A DNA stretch of 63,640 nucleotides, counting the filler, from Octopus bimaculoides (Eukaryota), in the NCBI RefSeq assembly GCF_001194135.2. It is 8 parts of 7 records of this genome, joined end to end, with 100 filler letters (N's around TTAATTAATTAA, not from the genome) between each part and the next. Parts side by side here need not be neighbours in the genome. Positions count along the whole stretch, not along the records: positions 25,890 to 37,078 come from NC_068987.1; 7 more parts are not named here. One strand, written 5' to 3'. The translations under genes were made by a program, and so were the position numbers. Under the pieces are notes generated by a model, which did not search any database, was not told where the DNA came from, and was given only the letters and a program-made list of their open reading frames with translations. This document shows, one piece after another, positions 26,638-36,476 of the stretch (within the stretch, counting starts at the first letter, position 1; every line of letters starts with the position of its first letter).

Positions 26638-26970
26638 CTATTTCATATTTGAGTCACGGAACGTTACACTCGAACCGTCATTCGCTGTTGTCAACTTGGG
26701 AACAAAATCACCTCGTTTTAGAGAAACCGGAATCTTGAAGTTTGGTTGACTTTTTTCAACTTCTTTGAATACATGAAGTCTCCTGTTGTCGGAGCTATAG
26801 TATTTCCCGTCTTTTTCGTAAACGTCAATAGATGGGAAGTCGTTTGGCGATTTCTTACCAACTTTAATATCATGAATAGCATTTAATAATGGTTCCCCGT
26901 TTTGAAAAGAAGACTTAATAGTATCTTGAGAATAACGGATATCTCTTGGATTCATTTGTTGGTTAGCCAT
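26638..26970 (-). CDS. Intact intronless 110-aa protein, probable ParB/sulfiredoxin-like fold (Tox-ParB-like, DNRRL motif)
   Basis: Complex, non-repetitive ORF: MANQQMNPRDIRYSQDTIKSSF...FPSIDVYEKDGKYYSSDNRRLHVFK. Good ATG context (CCAACATGG). A paralog at 36153 shows codon-phase divergence (16 synonymous-only codon changes, one in-frame 3-nt indel), which supports coding status. The fold call comes from motif recall only. Confidence 0.8.
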   Translation of the reverse strand: MANQQMNPRDIRYSQDTIKSSFQNGEPLLNAIHDIKVGKKSPNDFPSIDVYEKDGKYYSSDNRRLHVFKEVEKSQPNFKIPVSLKRGDFVPKLTTANDGSSVTFRDSNMK

Positions 26971-27333
26971 GTTGGTTTACAAATATCAACTTCGTATTCA
27001 ATGAAGAAGTAACTGTTGTGGGTAATAAGAATGAAAGTGTTTTGGTTAGTATATAACTCGTGATTTCTATATTTGACGGAGAAAACAGTTTTAAAAACGT
27101 AGAATCAAAATTTATATTCACGTCAGTAGATAGCCGGTCCTTATTTTATCGAATCGAATTAATGAAATTCAAAGAAGGTTGACAGACTTGTATAATCTTG
27201 GACACTATCCGGAGGTATTGAAATGTGTTCGTAGAGACAAGTGTTTCGTGGTGACTCAATCCTGTCTAATCAAGTGTAGGCGAAGTTCAGTAAATATATA
27301 TTGAAGTGGCGGTGGTGGTGGTTGGTGTGTAGG
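26971..27333 (-). promoter_or_regulatory. Upstream/promoter region of the 110-aa gene
   Basis: TATAAA on the minus strand (27111-27116) and an AP-1 TGA(C/G)TCA site (27252-27258), both conserved in the paralog's upstream region. Confidence 0.6.
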
Positions 27334-28062
27334 ACGGGTGTGTTGTTTATGCCCATGTGTGTGATTGTATGCGTGTCTGTGTGAGTGTGTTGTGTTGGTG
27401 AGAAGTGTATGTGTATGTGGGTGTGTGTGGATGTGCGTGTGTGTGTGGGGTTGTGAGTGTTAGGTATGGGTGCGTGTGTGTGTGGGGTTGTGAGTGTTAG
27501 GTATGGGTGCGTGTGTGTGTATGCGCGTGTGTGTTTATGTGTGTCTGTATGTGTGTGCNNNNNNNNNNNNNNNNNNNNNNNTGTGCGTGTGTGTGTGGGG
27601 TTGTGAGTGTTAGGTATGGGTGCGTGTGTGTGTATGCGCGTGTGTGTTTATGTGTGTCTGTATGTGTGTGCACGTGTGTGTATATTTTTTGTGCGTGCGT
27701 GTCTGTGTATATTGTGTATGTTTTCGTGCGTGCGTGTGTGTTGTGTATGTGAGTGAGTATTGTGTATGTGAGAGGTGTGTTTATGTGTGTGTGCGTGCGT
27801 ATGTGTGTGAGAGCGTAAGGATGTGTGCCAGGTATGTGTGTTATTTTGTGTGTGCACACCTCTGTGTGTGTGTGTGCATGCGTATGCGGCTGTGTATGTA
27901 GGCGTGCGCGTATATATGGGTGTGTGTGTGTGTGTATAGGGCTGTGTAAGGTGTGTGTCTCTACCACTGTGCGTGTGTGTGTGTGTATATACGTGCGTTC
28001 GTCTATATGTGTGTGTGTGAGGGCGCGCATGTATGTTTGTCATGTGTGTGGGCGGTATATAT
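27334..28062. repeat. Degenerate (TG)n-rich tract with ~50-bp internal repeats (GTGTGGGGTTGTGAGTGTTAGGTATGGGTGCG...)
   Basis: Directly visible. The His/Thr-rich ORFs here are low-complexity artefacts. Confidence 0.9.
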
Positions 28063-28583
28063 NNNNNNNNNNNNNNNNNNNNNNNNNNNNNNNNNNNNNN
28101 NNNNNNNNNNNNNNNNNNNNNNNNNNNNNNNNNNNNNNNNNNNNNNNNNNNNNNNNNNNNNNNNNNNNNNNNNNNNNNNNNNNNNNNNNNNNNNNNNNNN
28201 NNNNNNNNNNNNNNNNNNNNNNNNNNNNNNNNNNNNNNNNNNNNNNNNNNNNNNNNNNNNNNNNNNNNNNNNNNNNNNNNNNNNNNNNNNNNNNNNNNNN
28301 NNNNNNNNNNNNNNNNNNNNNNNNNNNNNNNNNNNNNNNNNNNNNNNNNNNNNNNNNNNNNNNNNNNNNNNNNNNNNNNNNNNNNNNNNNNNNNNNNNNN
28401 NNNNNNNNNNNNNNNNNNNNNNNNNNNNNNNNNNNNNNNNNNNNNNNNNNNNNNNNNNNNNNNNNNNNNNNNNNNNNNNNNNNNNNNNNNNNNNNNNNNN
28501 NNNNNNNNNNNNNNNNNNNNNNNNNNNNNNNNNNNNNNNNNNNNNNNNNNNNNNNNNNNNNNNNNNNNNNNNNNNNNNNNNNN

Positions 28584-28915
28584 AGGTTAAAAATATAGCG
28601 CTGTTTCAAGTGGAGTCGCGAGGGAGTGGACCCATGGTGCAGGGCGAGGCCAAAAACGGAGATGTTAGAGGGGGAGTGGTTGGCCAAGTGGAAGTGACGG
28701 GCGACGGGGGAGTCCGAACCTAGCCGAACGTCCCTTAGGTGTTCGGTGAAACGGTCGGCCAGCTGGCGGCCCGTCTGCCCCACGTAGAGTTGGTTGCATA
28801 GGTTGCATTTGATGCAGTAAATTAGGTTGGAGGAAGTGCAGGTGAAACTGTGTGGAATGTGAAGAGTGTGTAGGTTCGACCCTGTGACAGAGTTGGTGAT
28901 GAAGGGGCTTATGAA
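28584..28915 (-). mobile_element. Penelope-like element GIY-YIG endonuclease fragment
   Basis: Translation FTCTSSNLIYCIKCNLCNQLYVGQTGRQLADRFTEHLRDVR...VARHF. Confidence 0.85.
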
Positions 28916-29039
28916 ATTTATACATAAATATTTGCTTAAAATAACATATATTTTTACATTTATTTATTTAACAGTATTTAACAAATAGGTTTATTGTCAA
29001 TTAAAAGATTTCGATTAAAAAACATATATAAAATCAAAT

Positions 29040-29113
29040 TGCCCATAAAAAGACCCCCTGTCTTGTCCTTGCGGACCCCCTTTGGTCTGTGGACCACAGT
29101 TTGAAAACCCCTG
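29040..29113. mobile_element. Probable terminus of a hAT-type element
   Basis: GCGGACCCCC...GTGGACCACAGTTTGAAAACCCCTG resembles hAT subterminal and TIR sequence. The other end was not located. Confidence 0.4.
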
Positions 29114-29251
29114 ATTTAAAGGACGATGACCAATGGAAGAGGTTTTCCTTCACAACCAATCTACCAAGCATGTGGTTGCTGAAAATCAACACTAAATTAA
29201 AAGAAAGCATGCATACATATGCACATGCATACATACATACATACATACATA

Positions 29252-30065
29252 CAGGGTGGGTGAAAAGTAACTAGGCATTAGAAATTACTTAAAGAACTTT
29301 TAGTATCACTGAAGTCCTGACAAAAACATTTTTTAAACAAACAACACTAATGAAAATTTCTTATTTTCTCATTTCTTATTTTGCAGATGGCCAGTCACTT
29401 GATTGTTCAGGAGCGAACTAACAAAGCATCACGCTATGAAGTGTGGAATTCCAATATTTTGGTTCAGAGATGGTGGCATGCATGGAAAGGTAAGCATGCA
29501 ACACTACGTCCAGAGACAACCAAATCCTGATCAGCAGAGAACGTGATAACGGTGCAAGAAACGTTTAATTGCAGCCTGCAAAGAATCAACACGTCAAGTG
29601 GCTCATGAAAGTAGACTAACAAGACACAATATGTACAGTGTTGTATAAAGAATTGAATTTTCATCCATGGAAACCCCATTGTGCACAGGAGCTAAAAGCT
29701 GAAGACTGTGACCACAGAAGTCCAGAACTTTAAAAAGTCCAGATCTTACTCCATGTGATTTTTACCTGAGAGGTTACACAAAAGAGGTGTACAGGACAAA
29801 ACCTTGCACACTGGACAACTTGGAGACATGGATTCAGGAGGTTCTCAATGATATCCCACACAATGTCCTTCAGAAGGTTGTTCATTCCATCCCTGGCCAT
29901 TTGAGAAAGCTGGTTCATGCCACTGGTGCTTACATTGAAATATATAGATTTACTTTCATTTTCCCATGTAATAAAGAACATATATGATTTATTTCAATAA
30001 ATTTGTAAAAGGAATATGGATTTTATTACCAATTTTTAATGCCTATTTACTTTTCATCCACCCAG
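29252..30065 (+). mobile_element. Internally deleted Tc1/mariner element (~814 bp)
   Basis: TIRs CAGGGTGGGTGAAAAGTAACTAGGCATT / AATGCCTATTTACTTTTCATCCACCCAG, flanked by TA within (TACA)n. Remnant transposase motifs SPDLTPCDFYL and VYRTKPCTLDNLETWIQEVLNDIP. Confidence 0.88.
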
Positions 30066-30893
30066 TACATACATACATAAATACATACATACATACATAC
30101 ATACACACATACATACATACAGGCCTTTTGTGACACCCTTACAGGCCTTTTGTGACACCCTTAAAATCAGGAACTTTTGAGCACACACTTGTACATACAT
30201 ACATAGATAGTGGAAGTCAACTTCTGACTCTGCAAGATGGCTTTCTAAACTCATTTCACTCGAGGAAGCATCTCAAGTTTAGTCTCTCCATCTCCAATGA
30301 CACCTCATATGTCCTTATACTCCAACCACAAGTCGGCCTTCCAGCAACATCCCAGCTACAGGGAAGTTGAGTCTTACAATATCAAATGACTCCACTGGCT
30401 AACCCACAAATTCTACTATACAAAGTGTGCGAGAGAACATGCTGGCTATCACATTAGTAGAAAGGGGCACCCCCGTGATCATGCTTGTTGCTGAATAGAC
30501 CTAACTTTGAGAAGTCGACACAACCACATTGGTGACACGAGGACTGTTTCGTGCCCTTCTTAGATTGAGGGGTCATGTCCTACATATATTTTCCAACATG
30601 GTTTAATTCAGTATAAGTAGACCTGTTGTTCACGAATTTTCAAATTACGAGTATAAGTTCAGATCAGTTAATCATGATTTTATTCAACATATTCCCTCTC
30701 AGGTGCACATACTTATTGCAGTGGCCCTTCAGTTTTTCTAAGCCCTGTAAATGAACTTGGAAGTTTCGGCCTCCAACCAGGCCTTTTGCAACACCCTTAA
30801 AAACAGGAACTTTTCAGCACCCCCATTTAATACTTACATACTTAATTTTCTTGTGGGTGACTTCAATATTTATGCTAAAAATGTTAAGAGTGC

Positions 30894-30930
<37 letters not shown>

Positions 30931-30932
<2 letters not shown>

Positions 30933-31420
30933 ACAGCTAGAATTAATAACAAAATTTCCAGCTGACATAGGATTGAAATTTTGCCAAAAGAAATGTTCAT
31001 ATTTGATTTTTCAATATGGAAAATCAGCCCCCATTCCCAAGATTCAAAACCTGTGCATTAATTGTTTCACCATCTCTCCTGTTTCACATAAAACATTCTA
31101 CAAGCACCTAGGCATTGATGAAATTATATCACATGAAGGCAATGTGAATAAAGATAGATTGAATCAAGAGTACAATACTAGACTTTAAAAAGTGTGGCAA
31201 TCGGAACTCTCCTTGTACAAGACAATATCCCAACATTTGAGATACTTGACTGATTTGTGGAGGAAATCCACCCCATAGACATTAAATCCCACAAGATACT
31301 GGCATCAATTGAAAATCTTCACAGAAACAGTGATATCGACAGATCCTAACTAAGAAGAGACGAAGAAGATAGTGAATTGGGATCAGTGGAGACAGCCTTC
31401 GAATGTCATCTAGTCTCTCT
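30931..31420 (+). mobile_element. RLE-type (R4/Dong-like) LINE RT C-terminal fragment
   Basis: ADIGLKFCQKKC...YKHLGIDE...EYNTRL*KVWQSELS...IDIKSHKIL...LHRNSDIDR. Confidence 0.75.
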
Positions 31421-32049
31421 CAGACAGCACTTCTGGGGACATTGTTGTTTGGGACAGACAAGTAAAAGTATATACCATCATAATTCAGCTGTCCTGCTGA
31501 TGTAAATATTTCTTTGAAGAGCACAGAGAAAGAAGACAACTTAGGACTGCTTTGAAAGCTCCAGCTTCTATATCCAGATTCTGAATTCACATTTATGCCA
31601 ATAATACTAGGTGCACTTTGATTTGTGAGTAAATGTATATGAGACAATCTGGTTAACTTAGTGTTTCCAGAAGAAGAAATCAACCAACTAACTCGCTCAG
31701 TACATGTGCAATCTGTGAGATAGTTAAGCTATATAAAGATATAAACTATGTATAGATATTTGTCTACATATAGGCCTCTTTGTCTTTTCCAAGTATTAAT
31801 AAACCCACTTGAGCCTGTACAAATCCTACGCTAGCATCTTCATCTAAATAATCCCATTTAGCCGAGAACCACTTAAACTACTTACACGCAAACATTCACC
31901 TCCCAACCCCCATTCGCTTTACACACTCCATAATAAATTATTTTACACCTACACAGGGCTTCCTCCATTACTACGAACTTCCTACAACTTTAAGACCTAA
32001 AGACACATAAATTCCTTACTCACCCTGGACTGAGTAATCTGGATAGAGT

Positions 32050-33002
32050 TAATATAGGATAAAATTTTCAAAAAATTTTATTAGTGGCCAGCATATTAAA
32101 AAATACCTTTAAAGGTGAAAATTATAAACAATTTTATAAGGGCAAAAGAAAAAATTCCTATCCCAAATATGCTGAGAATAGACTTTAAATCGTCAATAAC
32201 CACATATAATTCATCACTATAAGAATGCGTTTCGAAGCAAGCTAACAGAAATTTCTAAAAAATTCCGTTATTACCGAATCGGTCCAATCATCATCAGTAA
32301 ATACGTTAAGAAATAAATGAAATAGTTACTTGCACTCATGGAAGAAGCAGATGCAAAGCCATAAGTACACTTAAGTACCCCAAATATATCCAAACAGAAA
32401 TTTTGCAGTATACCTCAAGATACGTGCAACCTGACTGAAAATTCTCATAGAGTAAGAGACAGTCTGGAAGTGAATGGTAATAAATTTACATCTAATATAG
32501 GATAAAATTTTCAAAAAATTTTATCAGTGGCCAGCATATTAAAAAATACCTTTTAAGGTGAAAATTATAAACAATTTTATAAATAAGGGCAAAAGAAAAA
32601 AATCCTATCCCAAATATGCTGAGAATAGACTTTAAATCTTCTGGACTGTCTCTTACTGTATGAGAATTTTCAGTCTGATTGCACATGTCTCGAGGTATAC
32701 TGCAAAATTTCTATTTGGATATATTTGGGGTACTTAAGTGTACTCATGACTTTGCCTCTGCTTCTTCCATGGGTGCAAGTAACTATTTCATTTATTTCTT
32801 AACGTATTTACCAATGATGAGAAGAAAATTCTTTATGAATTAACTCAGAAATTGGACCGATTCAGTAATATGGGAATTTTTTAGAAATTTCTGTTAACTT
32901 GCGTTGAAATGCATGCTTATAGTGATGAATTATATGTGGTTATTGATGATTTAAAGTCTATTCTCAGCATATTTGGGATAGGAATTTTTTTCTTTTGCCC
33001 TT
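32050..33002. repeat. Nested tandem + inverted duplication (A-B-A-B'-A')
   Basis: A = 32050-32190 and 32493-32637; B = 32191-32470; the reverse complement of B and part of A lies at 32638-33002. Confidence 0.85.
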
Positions 33003-33029
33003 GTTTATAAATAAGGGCAAATTTTGGCA

Positions 33030-33300
33030 TTGAAAGCTACACAAATGCCAGGACAGGTCGACACTGCACAATGCCATCACGCTTTAGGACCAGTTACTGA
33101 AACATCCTGGGTTTCAGGGGCCCACAGCTTTTTAATATTCTCCTAAAAAGCCTGAGGGACCTACACAAAGTGGATGTAGGTATTTTCAAATCAAAACTGG
33201 ATTTCTTCCTGTTGAGAGTCCCAGATGAACCTACCTCGCATCAAGAGGTGTAAATGAGGGTAGTGACATCAAACTCCCTTATTCACCAAATGCCACATAT
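33030..33300 (+). mobile_element. CR1-clade LINE 3' remnant
   Basis: LGFRGPQLFNILLKSLRDLHKVDVGIFKSKLDFFLLRVPDEP. Confidence 0.75.
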
Positions 33301-33737
33301 TAGAGGAGCCTCTCAATAATAAGAGTAGCAAAATGGCAGTGCCCCAGCATGACCGCAGCTCTGAGCTGAAACTAGATAAAAATATATAAAGGGTTGGACA
33401 AAATAATGGAAATACCTATCATCATAGCATCAGATATCATCAAAAAAAAAGTAATTAAAATTCATTAAAATGACAGATCAATTGGACTTTCAAAGAAGTC
33501 AAATTGTTGGTGCTTGTATGGCAGGCGCTAGCATAATGAAAACAGCCAAAATGTTTGGTGTATCAAGAAGTACTGTCTCAAAAATAATAATAGCCTTTGA
33601 GAAAGAGGGAAAAACCATCTCCTCAAAACAAAACTCCGGAAGAAAACCAAAACTTTCTGATAGGGACCGTTGGACTCTTACGCAAATTGTTAGAAAGGAT
33701 CACAAAAGTACAGCTCCCAAAATTACAGCAGAGCTTA

Positions 33738-33985
33738 CAGTTCTATATTCAAAAGATGAGGAATTATGTACATTATTTACATTAAACGGATATTTGTCCT
33801 CATCTTGTTTGTTGTTAACACAACGTTTCGGCTGATATACCCTCCAGCCTTCATCAGGTGTCTTGGGGAAATATTGAAAATTTCCCCAGGACACCTGATG
33901 AAGGCTGGAGGGTATATCAGCCAAAACATTGTGTTAACAACAAACAAGATGAGGACAAATGTCCGTCAAATGTAAATAATGTATT
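33738..33985. mobile_element. Palindromic non-autonomous (Penelope-derived?) element with two hammerhead motifs, 10-bp TSD
   Basis: ~100-bp inverted arms span 33769-33983. TSD GCAGAGCTTA at 33728-37 and 33986-95; the sister Tc1 copy carries this 10-mer only once. Confidence 0.85.
33817..33862 (-). ncRNA. Minimal type-I hammerhead ribozyme motif
   Basis: The minus strand reads GACAC-CUGAUGA-A-GGCUG(GAGGGUAUAU)CAGCC-GAAA-CG-UU-GUGUU: intact core, 5-bp stem II, 5-bp stem I, GUU cleavage triplet. Confidence 0.7.
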
Positions 33986-34752
33986 GCAGAGCTTATTGAC
34001 CACCTTGAGAACCCAGTTTCCACAAAAACTGTTTGCCGGGAGCTGCACAAAGCCGGATTTCACAGGAAGGCTGCAATCAGAAAACTACTACTGTCAAAAA
34101 TAAATGTTGCAAAGCGTTTAGCTTGGAGTAAAAACCTACAGAATTGGTCCACAGAGCAGTGGAAGAATGTTATTTTCTCGGATGAGTCATCCTTTACCTT
34201 ATTTCTGACCACCGGCAGAGTATATGTAGGGAGACAGCAAAAAAAACCCAAAAAACTTTTGATCCAAAGTGCCTTCTTCCAGNNNNNNNNNNNNNNNNNN
34301 NNNNNNNNNNNNNNNNNNNNNNNNNNNNCCTTCATGGCAGAATTAACAGTCAAGACTATTCAAGCATTTTATTTGATCAAATTTATCCTATGGTTGCGGA
34401 ACTGTTTCCAGAGGGAAATGCAATCTTTCAGGATGGAAATGCAGCAATTCACACAGCTAAAGTTGTTACTGAATGGCACGAGGAACATTCTAATGAAGTC
34501 AAACATCTTACCTGACCACCACAGTCCCCAGATCTCAATATTATGGTGCATTTTAGAAAAATAAGTAAAGAGTTGATATCCTCCACTATCATCACTACAA
34601 GAACTGGAGACTATTTTAGCTGAAGAATGGACAAAAATACATTTGGAAACAATTCAAACTTTGTATGTGTCCATACCTCGTAGAATTCAAGCTGTAATTA
34701 CTGCCAAAGGCAGTCCTACACCATGTTAAAATAAATTTGTTGGAAATTTTAA

Positions 34753-34917
34753 GGCGCAGGAGTGGCTGTGTGGTAAGTAGCTTGCTTACCAACCACATGG
34801 TTCCGGGTTCATTCCCACTGCGTGGCACCTTGGGCAAGTGTCTTCTACTATAGCCTCGGGCCGACCAAAGCCTTGTGAGTGGATTTGGTAGACGGAAACT
34901 GAAAGAAGCCTGTCGTA

Positions 34918-34976
<59 letters not shown>

Positions 34977-35008
34977 ATATGTTTGTGTGTCTGTGTTTGT
35001 CCCCCCAG
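34753..35008 (+). mobile_element. CORE-like tRNA SINE (5' part)
   Basis: GGCGCAGGAGTGGCTGTGTGGTAAG...GGGTTCATTCCC...CCTTGGGCAAGTGTC: A box, B box and CORE-like segment. Confidence 0.9.
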
Positions 35009-35293
35009 NNNNNNNNNNNNNNNNNNNNNNNNNNNNNNNNNNNNNNNNNNNNNNNNNNNNNNNNNNNNNNNNNNNNNNNNNNNNNNNNNNNNNNNNNNNN
35101 NNNNNNNNNNNNNNNNNNNNNNNNNNNNNNNNNNNNNNNNNNNNNNNNNNNNNNNNNNNNNNNNNNNNNNNNNNNNNNNNNNNNNNNNNNNNNNNNNNNN
35201 NNNNNNNNNNNNNNNNNNNNNNNNNNNNNNNNNNNNNNNNNNNNNNNNNNNNNNNNNNNNNNNNNNNNNNNNNNNNNNNNNNNNNNNNNNNNN

Positions 35294-35592
35294 ACTTATT
35301 CTATCGGTCTCTTTTGCCGAACTGCTAAATTACGGGGACGTAAACACACCAGCATCGGTTGTCAAGCGATGTTGGGGTACAAACACAGACACACAAACAT
35401 ATACACACACATACATATATATATATATACATATATACGACGGGCTTCTTTCAGTTTCCGTCTACCAAATCCACTCACAAGGCTTTGGTCGGCCCGAGGC
35501 TATAGTAGAAGACACTTGCCCAAGGTGCCACGCAGTGGGACTGAACCCGGAACCATGTGGTTGGTAAGCAAGCTACTTACCACACAGCCACT
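35294..35592 (-). mobile_element. CORE-like tRNA SINE
   Basis: Near-identical reverse complement of the 34753 copy. Confidence 0.9.
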
Positions 35593-35757
35593 ATCTCCAG
35601 CAAGTTATCTTTAATTATTCTTTCTCAGAATACGTCTTTATCAGTTGGGAAATACAAAATATTTACTTTCATTTTAATTTCGAAGAAAATAATATGATGT
35701 TGTTATGGGTGTGTGTAGTTTTTGTTAGGTCATATCCTTTTCATTGAAAAACTTTTT

Positions 35758-35786
35758 ACTTTCACTTTCACTTTCATTTCCAAGAA
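35758..35786. promoter_or_regulatory. Tandem IRF-E/ISRE-like repeat fused to a GAS-like STAT site
   Basis: ACTTTCACTTTCACTTTCATTTCC (reverse GGAAATGAAAGTGAAAGTGAAAGT) overlaps TTCCAAGAA (TTC-N3-GAA), ~370 bp upstream of the paralog ATG. Confidence 0.45.
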
Positions 35787-35796
35787 AGGAACCAAC

Positions 35797-36152
35797 CTAC
35801 ACAACACCCTCCACTACAATATATATTTATCGAACTCCACTTACAACCCATTAGACAGGATTGAGTCACCACGAAACACTTGTCTATACGAACACATTTC
35901 AATCCCTCCAGATATTATCCAAGATTAAACAAGTCTGTAAACCTTCTCTGCATTTCATTTATTGGATTCGATAAAATAAGGAGCGTCTATCTACTGAAGT
36001 GAATATAAATTTTGATTCTACATTTCTACAATTGTGTTTTCTCCGTGAAACTTAGAAATCACTAATTATATACTAACCAAAACACTTTCAATTCTTATTA
36101 CCCACAATATCAACTTCTTCATTGGATACAAAGTCGATATTTATAAACCAAC
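35797..36152 (+). promoter_or_regulatory. Upstream/promoter region of the second paralog
   Basis: AP-1 TGAGTCA (35862-68) and TATAAA (36004-09). Homologous to 26971-27333. Confidence 0.6.
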
Positions 36153-36476
36153 ATGAATCGCACTACAATGAATCCAAAAGATATCTGTTATACTCAGGAT
36201 ACAATCAAATCCTGTTTCCAAAACAGGAGATGATTAGTTGATGTTATTGATGACATTAAACGTGGTAAAATTTCGCCTAACGATATAGAGGCTATGAACG
36301 TTTACCAAAGAAATGGAAAATACTATAGTTCCGGCAACAGGAGACTTAATGTATTCAAACGAGTACAAGAATGGAAATCAGACTTGGAGGTTCCAGTTAT
36401 TCTAAAACCACCAGGTAGTTTTATTCCCAACTTCACAACAAAGAATGATGGTTTGAGCGTAGAAATCCGTGACTAA
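36153..36476 (+). pseudogene. Paralog of the 110-aa ParB/Srx-like gene with a single in-frame TGA at codon 27
   Basis: MNRTTMNPKDICYTQDTIKSCFQNRR*LVDVIDDIKRG...YYSSGNRRLNVFK...EIRD. About 59/107 residues identical by hand alignment. TGA at 36231-36233; otherwise open. Confidence 0.8.

Larger units (their letters stand above)
33387..34750 (+). mobile_element. Tc1-family DNA transposon (degenerate), interrupted by an insertion at 33738-33985
   Basis: Left TIR-like GGGTTGGACAAAATAATGGAAATACCT; paired-like HTH ORF 33470-33737; DDE motifs FSDES, QDGNAAIHT and SPDLN. Homologous to the copy at 48143-49190. Confidence 0.92.

Noticed and set aside
34753-34830. tRNA genes at SINE heads (also 2860-2937, 54600-54670)
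   Set aside because: A and B boxes are present but there is no complete cloverleaf, and they run into SINE bodies.
36231-36233. Selenocysteine interpretation of the paralog's TGA
   Set aside because: The aligned residue is Pro rather than Cys, and no SECIS was recognised; nonsense mutation is more parsimonious.
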